In this document: positions 1-9,070 of the stretch, piece after piece | Position numbering within the stretch: position 1 is the stretch's first letter | How the letters are laid out: each line of letters starts with the position of its first letter | Source of the DNA: an uncultured Acidobacteriota bacterium | GTDB taxonomy: Bacteria > Acidobacteriota > Vicinamibacteria > Fen-336 | Length of the DNA stretch: 64,000 nt | Direction: 5' to 3' | Assembly (NCBI GenBank): GCA_963740655.1 | Contig: CAVUFF010000002.1 | Coordinates: 17,790-81,789, forward strand | Made by a program: the position numbers and the translations under genes | Notes under the pieces: model-generated | Database searches by the model: none | What the model saw: only the letters and a program-made list of their open reading frames with translations | What the model was told of the DNA's origin: nothing

Positions 1-795
1 CGACCCAAGTAGCGCCGGAGCCCGCTCGAGTACTCACGCGGCGTCAGCCCGATGTAGCTCGCCAGGTGTCGAGCGGATGGGAAGCGCCTGATGTCTCCGA
101 TGAAGGCGAGTAGCGCTGTAGCGGTCAGCAGGCCGACTCCGGGGATGGTCATCAGCTGAGCCACTACTGGCAGCTGCTGACTCATCGCTTGCAGCTGTCG
201 CTCGACCCGTTCGACACGAGCCTCGATCTCGCGGATCTCCTGGCACAGCTCGGCTAGAAAAGGTCGCAGCGTATCGGGCACCTCGGCCTCCGCATCCTCG
301 ACGAGCGCCCACACCGCGGGGATCACCGCGCGCGCGCCGGTCGGGATGAAGAATCCCAGCTCCCGAAGCAGACCGCGCAGGCAGTTGATGCGGGCGGTGC
401 GCTCACTCATCCAGCCAGAGCGCAGCCGATGCAGCGAGGTCAGGACTTGCTGGGACACCGTCTTGACCGGCACCGGTCGAATGTCCTCGTTGCGGCTGGC
501 CTCTAGGATTCCCTTGGCGTCGGTGCGGTCCGTCTTGTTGCGTCGCACGTACGGACGCACGTGGTAGGGCGGGAGCAACACCACCCGATGCCCCAAGCCT
601 TCGATTCGACGGCCCCAGTAGTGTGCTGAGCCGCACGCTTCCATCACCACGGTGGCGGCAGGGCGCTGGGCGAAGAAGGCTCAAGAACTGAGCCCTCGGC
701 AGCCGCTCGCGCCGCCCAACCCGCCCGGGGCGATCAGACACCGCGATCTCGAAAACAGACTTTGCCAGGTCTACGGCAATGCGCGTATCGTTCTG
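1..795 (-). pseudogene. IS110-family (DEDD) transposase, 3' end off-window, frameshifted near 675-690
   Basis: Minus-strand translation MQNDTRIAVDLAKSVFEIAV...RAQFLS, then in the +1 frame FFAQRPAATVVMEACGSAHYWGRR...MTIPGVGLLTATALLAFIGDIRRFPSARHLASYIGLTPREYSSG. A TGA separates the two frames. Confidence 0.7.
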
Positions 796-879
796 CATGG
801 ATGGGCTCCTCCTTGCCAACACAGCAGCGACTCTGGCACATCGATGCCGACTGAGTCGTTGGAGGAGTCCATCTCATCA
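1..879 (-). mobile_element. IS110-family insertion sequence, partial (runs off the window start), abutting an attC fragment
   Basis: Transposase frame reaches position 1. About 85 bp of 5' leader ends exactly where attC homology (ATGAAGCAGACGAAGCC) starts at 880. Confidence 0.55.
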
Positions 880-920
880 ATGAAGCAGACGAAGCCAGAG
901 CATATTGGAGCTTCGCAGCT
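880..920 (+). repeat. attC fragment (attC-0: L'' remnant, centre and start of right arm), cut on both sides by IS elements
   Basis: ATGAAGCAGACGAAGCCAGAGCATATTGGAGCTTCGCAGCT matches the other attC copies. It continues at 4024. Confidence 0.6.
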
Positions 921-1236
921 GATATGGCACGCCCCCGTGTCAACCCTGTGAGCGGGTCTGTTCGTCGGTCGCTGTTGGTTCTCTAGGCAAGCCTCCGACA
1001 GGACGCCCAGACGGCGGACGAGGCGAAGCGGCGTCGACGACGAGTCACGCTGATATGCGCGGGTTGAGCCGGGAATCGGCTCAGAGCCGCATGACCGTGT
1101 TCCGTCGGGAGTGACCGCGCTCTTAAGACGCGAGTCACGGAGTGAGCCCCGTGTCGCAAAGCTGCGTCGCGGATTCTCCGGATCGTTGCTCGCCTCGTCC
1201 GCCGTCGGGGAGTTCTGTGCACATGAAGAAGGCTAA

Positions 1237-2711
1237 CAGCCCGTGGTGAAGGAGACAGCCCGTGGTGAAAGTCCTGAACGGACCCGCCTTGGATATTACG
1301 TAGTGTAGTTTGCGGGTATGGCGATGGGAAAGAGAAGGAAGCGACCGCAGGAGACGATGTGGGTTGCGACGAGAGACCTGCCGAAGAGCCCTGGGCATCC
1401 CTTCTATAAGCGGTTGAATCAGGTTCTGGCGGCAAACAGCTTCGACGCGTTCGTCGAGGCCGCGTGCCGGCGGTTCTACGCGGCGAAGATGGGTCGGCCG
1501 AGTCTGCCACCGGGGCGGTACTTCCGGCTGATGCTGCTGGGGTACTTCGAGGGTTTGGGTTCGGAGCGCGGGATGGCGTGGCGAGCGGCGGACTCTCTGG
1601 CGATCCGGAGCTTCCTGGGCTTGGAACTGGACGAGGCGGCGCCGGATCATTCGACGATTTCAAGGACGCGTCGGCTGATCGACGTGGGGACGCACGAGCG
1701 AGTGTTCACGTGGGTGCTGGAGCGGCTGGCCAAGCAGGGTCTGTTGGTCGGCGCGACGATCGGGATCGACGCGACGACGCTCGAGGCGAACGCGGCGATG
1801 CGAAGCATCGTGCGACGGGACACGGGAGCGAGCTACGAAGAGTTCCTGAAGGGACTGGCGAAGGCGTCGGGGATCAAGACACCGACGCGGGAAGCGCTGG
1901 CGCGGCTGGATCGGCGGCGCAAGAAGAAGGCTTCCAACGACGACTGGACGAGTCCCTCGGACCCCGACGCGAAGATCACGAAGATGAAGGACGGGCGGAC
2001 GCACTTGGCCCACAAGGCGGAGCACGCGGTTGACGTGGACACGGGTGCGATCGTGGCGGTGACGGTGCAGGGAGCGGATCAAGGCGACACGAGCACGATC
2101 GGCAAGACGCTGGAGGAGGCGCAAGAGCAGCTCGACACGGTGATGGAGAAGGTGGACGAGCTTCACGCTGACGGCCTCTGCGAGGTCGTGGCGGACAAGG
2201 GCTACCAGAGCGATCGGATCATGGTCGAGCTCGAGGAGCAGGGGCTGCGTTCGTACGTGTCGGAGCCGGACCGCGGACGTCGCAAGTGGAAGGACGACAT
2301 CCTTGCTCAGCAAGCGGTGTACGCCAATCGCCGGCGCATCCGCGGTGAGCGAGGCAAGCGGCTACACCGGATGCGAGGCGAACTGATCGAGCGCCCCTTC
2401 GCGCACCTGTACGAAACCGGGGGCATGCGACGCACCCACCTCCGGGGTCACACAAGTATTCTGAAACGCCTGCTGATTCACGCGGCCGGCTTCAACCTGG
2501 GCCTGGTGATGCGGACCTCAATCGGCGTCGGCACTCCGCGAGGACTCCAGGGAGTGCTGCAAGCCCTCCTCTGCTCGCTTGCGCGCCTCACGAGCTCGCT
2601 GGCTGCCGCCTTGGATGGCCTCATCGCCGATTCGGCTGTCGAAACCGCTCCGGCCGCACGCCTGCGAACACATCCGCAGGGCAGGCTGAAGATGGCTTTT
2701 GCCACGGGCTG
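1237..2711 (+). mobile_element. IS1182-family (IS5/IS1182 superfamily) IS nested in IS110-like copy 1
   Basis: Perfect 10-bp terminal inverted repeat CAGCCCGTGG / CCACGGGCTG and a 4-bp target duplication CTAA (1233-1236 and 2712-2715). The uninterrupted site GGCTAAGCGG is seen in copy 2 at 12315-12324. Confidence 0.85.
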
Positions 2712-2715
2712 CTAA
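1318..2715 (+). CDS. IS1182-family DDE transposase
   Basis: 465-aa ORF MAMGKRRKRPQETMWVATRDLPKSPGHPFYKRLN...PDHSTISRTRRL...VADKGYQSD...RPFAHLYETGGMRRTHLRG. The stop lies in the duplicated CTAA. Confidence 0.85.
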   Translation: MAMGKRRKRPQETMWVATRDLPKSPGHPFYKRLNQVLAANSFDAFVEAACRRFYAAKMGRPSLPPGRYFRLMLLGYFEGLGSERGMAWRAADSLAIRSFLGLELDEAAPDHSTISRTRRLIDVGTHERVFTWVLERLAKQGLLVGATIGIDATTLEANAAMRSIVRRDTGASYEEFLKGLAKASGIKTPTREALARLDRRRKKKASNDDWTSPSDPDAKITKMKDGRTHLAHKAEHAVDVDTGAIVAVTVQGADQGDTSTIGKTLEEAQEQLDTVMEKVDELHADGLCEVVADKGYQSDRIMVELEEQGLRSYVSEPDRGRRKWKDDILAQQAVYANRRRIRGERGKRLHRMRGELIERPFAHLYETGGMRRTHLRGHTSILKRLLIHAAGFNLGLVMRTSIGVGTPRGLQGVLQALLCSLARLTSSLAAALDGLIADSAVETAPAARLRTHPQGRLKMAFATGC

Positions 2716-3830
2716 GCGGAACGCAGGGCAGCGAGCGGCGACAGCGCTGCCCAGATGAAGCCCGTGAGCTCTCGGGCCATTGCGACGACGGCCTTCTGGG
2801 GTGACACACCACGCAGGGTCATGGAGTAGTAGCGTCGGTGCAGGCGCAGCATGGCGCGGTCTGCCAAGGCGATCAGCTTTGGCGACTGGCCCTCGCGGCG
2901 ACGACGCAGGGCGCTTCCGACGTGGGGACGATGTCTGTAGTTCCAGGCAGCCTCGATCAACAGGCGCCGGACGTGGCTGTTTCCGGTCTTGGTGATGGAG
3001 CCCTGACGACGAGTGTCGCCCGAGCTGTGCTCGCTCGGCACGAGCCCGACGAAGCCCATAAGGCGGCGCGGCGAAGTGAAGCGTTCGAAGTTGTGCAACT
3101 CGACCGCGAGACCGACGGCGGTCACGGTATCGATGCTGCGGAAACAGCGCAACGCCGCGACGACGGCTGCGTAGCGAGGGTCCTGTGCCAGGCGCTCGAG
3201 GTGAGCGAGCAACGCCAACAGACGTTGTTCGCAGTGATCGATGGCGAGAAGGTAGTCCGAGACGACGACCTTCTCGAAGAGATCGTCGAAGCGAAGGGAC
3301 TCGAGCCAGAGCCGGTGGGTGCTGGTCCACGCGCGCTTGCCCGGAGTGAAGGTGATGCCGCGTCGCAGCAGGTACTTGCTGAGGCGATGGCGAGCACGCA
3401 TCCGGTCCTCACGCAGGTCCTCGCGAGCGCGAGACAGATCGCGCGCCGCCTCGTCCGCCTGGCTGAGCGGCTGGACCTCGGTGAGAAGTCCGGCGCGCAG
3501 CAGCATGGCGAGCTTGCGTGCGTCACGGCGATCGGTCTTGACGCGAGCGCCAGGCTTGGCCGGGATCAGCGACGGAGCGACCAGCATGCAGCTGGCCTCG
3601 CTCCAGGACGTGATCTGGCGCTGCAGCGCATAGCCGCACGGCCCGGCTTCGTAGCAGTAGCGCACCTCGCCCCCCGCCGCCTCCCGCGAGATCCGCTGCA
3701 GCATCCCGCGAATCGGCTTCGGCTCGTTCGCAACCCGCCACTCCAAAGGCCTCTCCTGACCCGGCAGCAGCACAGCTACCTGGATCCACGCTTTGTGCAC
3801 GTCGAGCCCCACGAAGGTGATACCCTGCAT
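2712..3830 (-). CDS. IS110-family transposase (IS110/IS1111-like element, copy 1)
   Basis: 372 aa from MQGITFVGLDVHKAWIQVAVLL...RVKTDRRDARKLA...RSIDTVTAVGLAVELHNFERFTSPRRLMGFVGLVPSEHSSGD..ITKTGNSHVRRLL. Identical to 12317-13435. Confidence 0.85.
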   Translation of the reverse strand: MQGITFVGLDVHKAWIQVAVLLPGQERPLEWRVANEPKPIRGMLQRISREAAGGEVRYCYEAGPCGYALQRQITSWSEASCMLVAPSLIPAKPGARVKTDRRDARKLAMLLRAGLLTEVQPLSQADEAARDLSRAREDLREDRMRARHRLSKYLLRRGITFTPGKRAWTSTHRLWLESLRFDDLFEKVVVSDYLLAIDHCEQRLLALLAHLERLAQDPRYAAVVAALRCFRSIDTVTAVGLAVELHNFERFTSPRRLMGFVGLVPSEHSSGDTRRQGSITKTGNSHVRRLLIEAAWNYRHRPHVGSALRRRREGQSPKLIALADRAMLRLHRRYYSMTLRGVSPQKAVVAMARELTGFIWAALSPLAALRSA

Positions 3831-4023
3831 TGCCGGCTCCTTTCGTATGCGGCTCTGGCGTCTCGCACGCCAATCCGCGCTTTGTGGCGGCCGTTCGCCG
3901 CCTGTGTCGCCAGTTGCTCTAGCGACTTTACGATTCGGAGCCGGCACTTCGCTCTTCCCTAGTTCCCTCGCTCGGCGTACTCTCTGCATGCCACGCCCTC
4001 CTCCAGGGGCGTGCCATATGGTC

Positions 4024-4041
4024 TTATCCTCGGTGTTAGGC
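4024..4041 (+). repeat. attC-0 right arm and R' core (GTTAGGC 4035-4041)
   Basis: TTATCCTCGGTGTTAGGC directly after the IS end. Canonical GTTRRRY. Confidence 0.7.
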
Positions 4042-4095
4042 CGACCATCAGGCAGCGGTCGTGCGGCCGCGCAAACACAACGTACGGAGGGCAAG

Positions 4096-4827
4096 ATGGC
4101 AGCCACGCTAGAGGAGCGATCCCCCGAGGAGACCAAGCGGGTCGCGCGGCTCGCGGGCGCCGTGTATGTGTCGCTCGGGCTCGCGACGGCCTTTGGCTTC
4201 TATCACGCGCCCTTGGTCCAGAGCGACCTCAGCGCCATCGCCCACGGGCTGACAAAGTCCGACCTCCGCTTCCGCATCGGGGTGGTGACCGACGTGCTCT
4301 CCGCGGCGCTGTCGGTACCCTTGGCCCTGCTGCTCTATCAGTTGCTCAAGCCGGTCCACAAGATGCAGGCGGTGCTGATGGCCCTGCTGCTGTTGGTCGC
4401 GATGCCCATCTCATTCGTCGTCGCGCTCAACTACGTCGCGGCGCAATGGCTCCTTAGCGGGGCCCCCGTGGTCGCGGCCCTCGCCAGCGCGGAGCGGGAG
4501 GCGCTTGGGATGCTCTTCCTCCGCCTGCACACGCACGGCGTGCTGGCGGTAGAGATCTTCTGGGGGCTGTGGCTGCTGCCGTTCGGCCTGCTCGTCATGA
4601 AGTCGCGTTTTCTTCCTCGCGTGCTGGGCATCCTACTCGTCATCGCGGGCGTGGCCTATGTGGCGCATAGCGTCGTCTCGCTGCTGCTGGATGGGCCACG
4701 CATCATCCTGTACGAGCGGGTGACGATGTTGGCGCGCGCCGCCGGCGAGTTCCCGATCATGCTTTGGCTCCTGATCAAGGGAGCGGACGTGCGAGGCGAG
4801 CGTGAGAGCGGCCTAACAAGGGGATGA
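4096..4827 (+). CDS. Polytopic membrane protein (DUF4386-like), cassette ORF
   Basis: ATG at 4096 after the attC. 243 aa with several hydrophobic helices. The stop TGA 4825-4827 lies inside GGGGATGAAGC of the next attC. Family call is from memory. Confidence 0.6.
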   Translation: MAATLEERSPEETKRVARLAGAVYVSLGLATAFGFYHAPLVQSDLSAIAHGLTKSDLRFRIGVVTDVLSAALSVPLALLLYQLLKPVHKMQAVLMALLLLVAMPISFVVALNYVAAQWLLSGAPVVAALASAEREALGMLFLRLHTHGVLAVEIFWGLWLLPFGLLVMKSRFLPRVLGILLVIAGVAYVAHSVVSLLLDGPRIILYERVTMLARAAGEFPIMLWLLIKGADVRGERESGLTRG

Positions 4828-4839
4828 AGCAGATGGAAG
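4811..4839 (+). repeat. attC-1 left part (R'' GCCTAAC, class A L'')
   Basis: GCCTAACAAGGGGATGAAGCAGATGGAAG, interrupted at 4840 by an IS3 element. Confidence 0.75.
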
Positions 4840-4851
4840 TGACCCGCTTTC

Positions 4852-5181
4852 GTGGACACCCGAGAAGAGGCGTATATGGGTGTTATGGAGCGATGGAAGC
4901 GACGGTCGTACACGAGGGAGTTCAAGGCCGAGACGGTCCGGCTGGTGGTCGAGGGAGGACGGTCGATCCCGGACGTCGCGCGGGACCTTGAGCTAACCGA
5001 GTCGGCGCTTCGTCTGTGGGTGCATCAGGCGGAGGTCGATGCGGGAAGAGGCAAGCCAGGCGAGCTCACCACTGCAGAACGCCAAGAACTGGCGCAGCTG
5101 CGCCGCGAGGTGAAGACGCTGCGGCTCGAGCGGGAGATCCTGAAAAAAGCGGCGGCCTTCTTCGCGAAGGAGAACGGGTGA
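4852..5181 (+). CDS. IS3 OrfA (HTH transposase subunit); start uncertain (4852, 4876 or 4885)
   Basis: MERWKRRSYTREFKAETVRLVVEGGRSIPDVARDLELTESALRLWV...LRREVKTLRLEREILKKAAAFFAKENG. Confidence 0.8.
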   Translation: MDTREEAYMGVMERWKRRSYTREFKAETVRLVVEGGRSIPDVARDLELTESALRLWVHQAEVDAGRGKPGELTTAERQELAQLRREVKTLRLEREILKKAAAFFAKENG

Positions 5182-6053
5182 AGTTTGCTTTCATCCACGC
5201 GGAGGGGGCCAAGCTGCCCACGAGTCTCCTGTGCCGTGCCTTGAGGGTGTCGCGGAGCGGCTTCTACGCTTGGAGCAAGCGCCCACCGTCGAGACGAGCC
5301 GTCGAGGATTCCAAGCTGGTCCCGGTGATCCGTGCCTGTCACGCCCAGAGTCGGGCGACCTACGGCAGCCCACGTGTGCACAAGGATCTTCAGGCGCTGA
5401 GCTACCGCGTGTCGCGCAAGCGCGTCGCCCGCCTGATGCGTCGCGAGGGCCTTTCGGCGCGGCCGCCGCGACGCTATCGAGCCACGACCGAGTCGAAGCA
5501 CTCCCTGCCGATCGCCCCCAACGTCGTCGCCCGCGAGTTCCACGCCCCGGCGCCAAACCGGGTGTGGGTAACGGACATGACTTACATCTGGACTTGGGAA
5601 GGCTGGTTGTTCCTGGCTGCGATCGTGGATGTCTTCTCGCGTCGCGTGGTCGGCTGGGCAATGGCCGACCACCTGCGCACGGAGCTTCCGCTCGAAGCGC
5701 TCGGGATGGCGCTCGGCATTCGTCAGCCGGAGCGCGGTCTCGTCCACCACTCGGATCGTGGCTGTCAATACGCGAGCGAGATCTATCGGGCCGAGCTCGA
5801 CGCGCGTGGCATCGTCTGCAGCATGAGCCGCGTCGGCGACTGCTGGGACAACGCGGTCGCCGAGAGCTTCTTCGCCACCCTGAAGACGGAGCTCATTCAC
5901 CGACGTCCTTGGCCGACGAAGGCTGAGGCACGCTCGGCCGTCCACGACTACATCGGAGCGTTCTTCAATCCGCACCGGCGTCACTCGTCCCTCGGTTACG
6001 TCAGCCCGATGGACTTCGAACGACAACACGCTGCCGCGACCGTGGCAGCATAG
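5016..6053 (+). CDS. IS3 OrfB frame (DDE integrase-like catalytic domain; expressed as OrfAB)
   Basis: ..PNRVWVTDMTYIWTWEGWLFLAAIVDVFSRRVVGWAM...HHSDRGCQYAS...GDCWDNAVAESFFATLKTE. Confidence 0.85.
   Translation: MGASGGGRCGKRQARRAHHCRTPRTGAAAPRGEDAAARAGDPEKSGGLLREGERVKFAFIHAEGAKLPTSLLCRALRVSRSGFYAWSKRPPSRRAVEDSKLVPVIRACHAQSRATYGSPRVHKDLQALSYRVSRKRVARLMRREGLSARPPRRYRATTESKHSLPIAPNVVAREFHAPAPNRVWVTDMTYIWTWEGWLFLAAIVDVFSRRVVGWAMADHLRTELPLEALGMALGIRQPERGLVHHSDRGCQYASEIYRAELDARGIVCSMSRVGDCWDNAVAESFFATLKTELIHRRPWPTKAEARSAVHDYIGAFFNPHRRHSSLGYVSPMDFERQHAAATVAA
5143..5149 (+). other. Candidate programmed -1 frameshift site (AAAAAAG) joining OrfA to OrfB
   Basis: A6G heptamer in the orfA/orfB overlap, as is typical for IS3-family elements. 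Confidence 0.6.
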
Positions 6054-6078
6054 CGGGGCTGTCCACGGAAACGGGTCA

Positions 6079-6135
6079 ACTCCAAGACGAAACCTGAGCA
6101 TAATGGAGCTTCGCAGCTTATCCCCGGTGTTGGGC
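6079..6135 (+). repeat. attC-1 right part (class A L', R' GTTGGGC 6129-6135)
   Basis: ..AGACGAAACCTGAGCATAATGGAGCTTCGCAGCTTATCCCCGGTGTTGGGC. Confidence 0.75.
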
Positions 6136-6189
6136 AGGCTCTTTTCCTAGCATACTTCGTCGCATACTTCGTAGATCGCTGAGGACAGG

Positions 6190-6603
6190 ATGCCAGAGAC
6201 CTTTGTGGCAGCTCAACCGCGCTGGAGCATCGCACCCTACTTCATAGTCGATGACGTCGTCGCAACGGCCAACTATTACCGCGACAAACTCGGCTTTGCC
6301 TAGGAACGCTTCTGGAACGATCCTCCATCCTTCTGCATGGTTCAACGTCGTGGCGTCGTCATCATGCTGGCCCAACTCGAGCAGCCCGGTGTCATGCGGC
6401 CTAACCGTCTCGTCGATCCGGAGGGCGGAGCCTGGGACACCTATATCTGGGTCGACGATGCGGACGCGCTGAATGCCTCGTTCAAGTTGAAGGGCGTCAA
6501 GATCACGCGAGACATTTGTGATCAACCCTACGGGTGCCGCGACTTCGACGTTGAGGACTGCAACGGCTATCGTCTCTGTGTTGGGCACGACACGGAACGC
6601 TGA
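6190..6603 (+). pseudogene. VOC (glyoxalase/bleomycin-resistance) family cassette gene with an in-frame amber stop
   Basis: MPETFVAAQPRWSIAPYFIVDDVVATANYYRDKLGFA-TAG(6301-6303)-ERFWNDPPSFCMVQRRGVVIMLAQ...GCRDFDVEDCNGYRLCVGHD. One continuous frame of ~137 codons. Confidence 0.65.
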
Positions 6604-6640
6604 AGCCGCTCTCTGCTTACGCTCGGTTCATGGTAGCGCT

Positions 6641-6712
6641 GCCCAACAATGCGTTGCAGCTGACGAAGCCGGCGCAAGCGATGGAGCTTCGCAGCTGAAC
6701 GCAGTGTTCTGC
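6641..6712 (+). repeat. attC-2 (class C arms: AATGCGTT(G)CAGC / GCTGAACGCAGT; R'' GCCCAAC, R' GTTCTGC)
   Basis: Same architecture and central GACGAAGCCGGCGCAAGCGATGGAGCTTCGCAGC as the other copies, but both outer arms are changed in a complementary way. Confidence 0.75.
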
Positions 6713-6753
6713 GGACATGCTGGGTGGAGGAAGCGCTCGCTGAGCCAACCTGC

Positions 6754-7140
6754 ATGAGAACTCGAGTTGCCCACATGGTCGGGGTAGCTGCCTTGGGAAT
6801 CCTGCTCCTGTCGTGTAGTGACGACTGCCGCGGTATCGAGAGCGCGAGTTGTGCCCCGCAGTTGGTGATCAGAGCCACAATTTCGAGTGCCGCTGACGGC
6901 GGGCCGGTACAGAACGTGTTGCTGCAGGTATCGAGTGGTGCCCCGACCATGTGCTCGATTGAAACCAAGGTCACCGTGTGCGATGTGTGGGGCTTTTCAG
7001 GTACCTTTACGCTCGTCGTGGCTGCTCCGGGCTTCCAGAGTACCGAGCGCGACATCACCGTCAAGGGCGAGAACCGCCCATGCAGCTGCCCGATAGCGGT
7101 CAGAGAGAACGTGGCGGTGTCACTGTCACCCATCCCTTGA
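6754..7140 (+). CDS. Hypothetical lipoprotein, cassette ORF
   Basis: MRTRVAHMVGVAALGILLLSC: signal peptide with lipobox. Cys-rich beta-type sequence. No family recognised. Confidence 0.55.
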   Translation: MRTRVAHMVGVAALGILLLSCSDDCRGIESASCAPQLVIRATISSAADGGPVQNVLLQVSSGAPTMCSIETKVTVCDVWGFSGTFTLVVAAPGFQSTERDITVKGENRPCSCPIAVRENVAVSLSPIP

Positions 7141-7190
7141 GGACCAGGTCGAGCTAGTGCAGGTCAGCTCGTCCGTACGAAGACCGAGCC

Positions 7191-7263
7191 GCAGAACAAG
7201 GGGATGAAGCAGACGAAGCCGGCGCAAGCGATGGAGCTTCGCAGCTTATCCCCGGTGTTCGAC
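7191..7263 (+). repeat. attC-3 (class A; R' GTTCGAC)
   Basis: GCAGAACAAGGGGATGAAGCAGACGAAGCCGGCGCAAGCGATGGAGCTTCGCAGCTTATCCCCGGTGTTCGAC. Confidence 0.8.
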
Positions 7264-7301
7264 CGACCGAGAGGACCCCACCGGGCAGGCCGTGCTGCTA
7301 G

Positions 7302-7585
<284 letters not shown>

Positions 7586-7614
<29 letters not shown>

Positions 7615-7852
7615 GGCCTCGGACGATCTCAGGTCCGAGTACTCGTTCGACTATTCCAAGGCGAAGGCAAATCCCTATGCAGCGCAGCTCAAGGGCCGCA
7701 CCGTCGCAGTCGTCCTGGAGCCCGATGTAGCGGCTGCTTTCCCGAACTCGAAGGCCGTCAACACGCAGCTGCGGGCCGTCGTCGCCGCGGTACCGAGACG
7801 CTCGCGAAGACGCGTCGCTCCCCGAAGGCGAGGCGGTCGAACAAGGGGATGA
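7586..7852 (+). CDS. brnA: BrnA-like antitoxin
   Basis: ..DLRSEYSFDYSKAKANPYAAQLKGRTVAVVLEPDVAAAFPNSKAVNTQLRAV. Overlaps the brnT 3' end. The stop lies inside the attC GGGGATGAAGC. Confidence 0.7.
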
Positions 7853-7906
7853 AGCAGACGAGCGTTGAGCGTATTGGACGCTCGCAGCTTATCCCCGGTG
7901 TTGGGC
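7836..7906 (+). repeat. attC-4 (class A outer arms; inner stem variant AGCG/CGCT; R' GTTGGGC)
   Basis: GTCGAACAAGGGGATGAAGCAGACGAGCGTTGAGCGTATTGGACGCTCGCAGCTTATCCCCGGTGTTGGGC. Confidence 0.8.
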
Positions 7907-7923
7907 CGACTTGAGGTGAGGTC

Positions 7924-8394
7924 GTGAAGAAGGCGAAGGCAGATCCGGCAGTCGACAGCAGGCCTCCGAGCGCGCGAGAAGTCTCTACTCTACTTGGCAG
8001 GTCGCACGCCGCGTTCGTCGCCCTCACGCAGCGCGGATCCGGAGTGACGTGCGAATGGAAGCGCTACACTAAGACGTCGCCATGGACCCTGAAGGTCAGC
8101 GAAGGCGATCGGACGCTCCTTTACGCTACTCCCAAGGCCGACGCCTTCGAGGCAACGGTTATTCTGGGCGAGCGCGCGACGGAGGCCGCACTGGGCGGGC
8201 GTGTCTCGAAAAGGCTCCACGCATCTATACGGGCCGCCAAGTCGTATGTAGAGGGGCGTGTCGTGCGTGTCACGGTTAGGGGCCAGGCCGACGTTGCTGC
8301 TGTCGAGGAGCTCGTAGCTGTCAAGCTCAAGCCAACTGGCGGCACAAGTGACGCATCCTCGGGGAAGCGACGGCGCGGCCCAACAAGGGGATGA
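7924..8394 (+). CDS. DUF3788-like protein, cassette ORF (GTG start)
   Basis: 156-aa ORF; ..CEWKRYTKTSPWTLKVSEGDRTLLYATPKADAFEATVILGERA...YVEGRVVRVTV. Family call is from memory. Confidence 0.5.
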   Translation: MKKAKADPAVDSRPPSAREVSTLLGRSHAAFVALTQRGSGVTCEWKRYTKTSPWTLKVSEGDRTLLYATPKADAFEATVILGERATEAALGGRVSKRLHASIRAAKSYVEGRVVRVTVRGQADVAAVEELVAVKLKPTGGTSDASSGKRRRGPTRG

Positions 8395-8450
8395 AGCAGA
8401 CGAAGCCGGCGCAAGCGATGGAGCTTCGCAGCTTATCCCCAGTGTTGGGC
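8378..8450 (+). repeat. attC-5 (class A; R'' GCCCAAC, R' GTTGGGC)
   Basis: GCCCAACAAGGGGATGAAGCAGACGAAGCCGGCGCAAGCGATGGAGCTTCGCAGCTTATCCCCAGTGTTGGGC. Confidence 0.85.
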
Positions 8451-8513
8451 GGACCTCTAGACGAGCGATCGCATGCCGGCCGTCGGGCAGGTGTATTGGT
8501 CGAGGTTAGGCTA

Positions 8514-8987
8514 GTGCGGGTTGTTCGGCGAGTAGGCTACTGGGTGAACGATCGAGAAGAGGACCGCGAACGTTCGCAGGTCGACAGAAGCATCAAGGCA
8601 CCATCCCCTCAAGTCGACTTTCCTCATCCGGCAGCCATCATCGCTGCCCTGGGCGCCCGCCCTCCCGACGTGCGCGTCGTGCAGTACCTTCGCAATGGGA
8701 TTCACGCGGACCTGTGGATGGGCTGTTCCTACTGCCGCCTTCGGTGCGGCGTGCCCGATTCGGAGATGGGCAGCTTCGATCTAACGGACGGACTCTGGCT
8801 GTGGCCTGAGGGGCTTGTTCACTATGTGGAAGTTCACGGGCTTCCGTTGCCCGAGGAGTTTATTGCGACGATGAAGACGAACGCTTGGCAGCCGCCCGTC
8901 GAGCTATCCGACACGGGAGATGGCAAGCTGGACTCGCAGTTCTGGCTCGAGTGGGGTGTTCGGCACTCCAAGGGCAGACTACTGTAG
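8514..8987 (+). CDS. Hypothetical protein, cassette ORF (start GTG 8514 or TTG 8496)
   Basis: ..VVQYLRNGIHADLWMGCSYCRLRCGVPDSEMGSFDLTDGLWLWPEGLVHYVEVHGLPLPEEFI.. No named family recognised. Confidence 0.55.
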   Translation: MRVVRRVGYWVNDREEDRERSQVDRSIKAPSPQVDFPHPAAIIAALGARPPDVRVVQYLRNGIHADLWMGCSYCRLRCGVPDSEMGSFDLTDGLWLWPEGLVHYVEVHGLPLPEEFIATMKTNAWQPPVELSDTGDGKLDSQFWLEWGVRHSKGRLL

Positions 8988-8999
8988 GAGCACGAGGCC

Positions 9000-9070
9000 G
9001 CCCAACAAGGAGTTGAAGCTGACGAAGCATGAGCATATTGGAGCTTCGCAGCTTATCCCCGGTGTTAGGC
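9000..9070 (+). repeat. attC-6, chimeric (class B left arm GGAGTTGAAGC, class A right arm GCTTATCCCC; R' GTTAGGC)
   Basis: GCCCAACAAGGAGTTGAAGCTGACGAAGCATGAGCATATTGGAGCTTCGCAGCTTATCCCCGGTGTTAGGC. Confidence 0.8.

Larger units (their letters stand above)
921..4023 (-). mobile_element. IS110/IS1111-like IS inserted in attC-0 (copy 1; 1624 bp excluding the nested IS)
   Basis: Subterminal inverted repeat ATATGGCACGCCCC (923-936) / GGGGCGTGCCATAT (4006-4019). Flanks rejoin to a normal attC (..GCTTCGCAGC^TTATCCTCGGTGTTAGGC). Sequence is identical to 10553-13628 apart from the nested elements. Confidence 0.85.
4840..6078 (+). mobile_element. IS3-family insertion sequence splitting attC-1
   Basis: Terminal inverted repeats TGACCCGCTTTCGTGGACA (4840-) / TGTCCACGGAAACGGGTCA (-6078). 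orfA/orfB organisation with an A6G slippery site. Confidence 0.85.
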
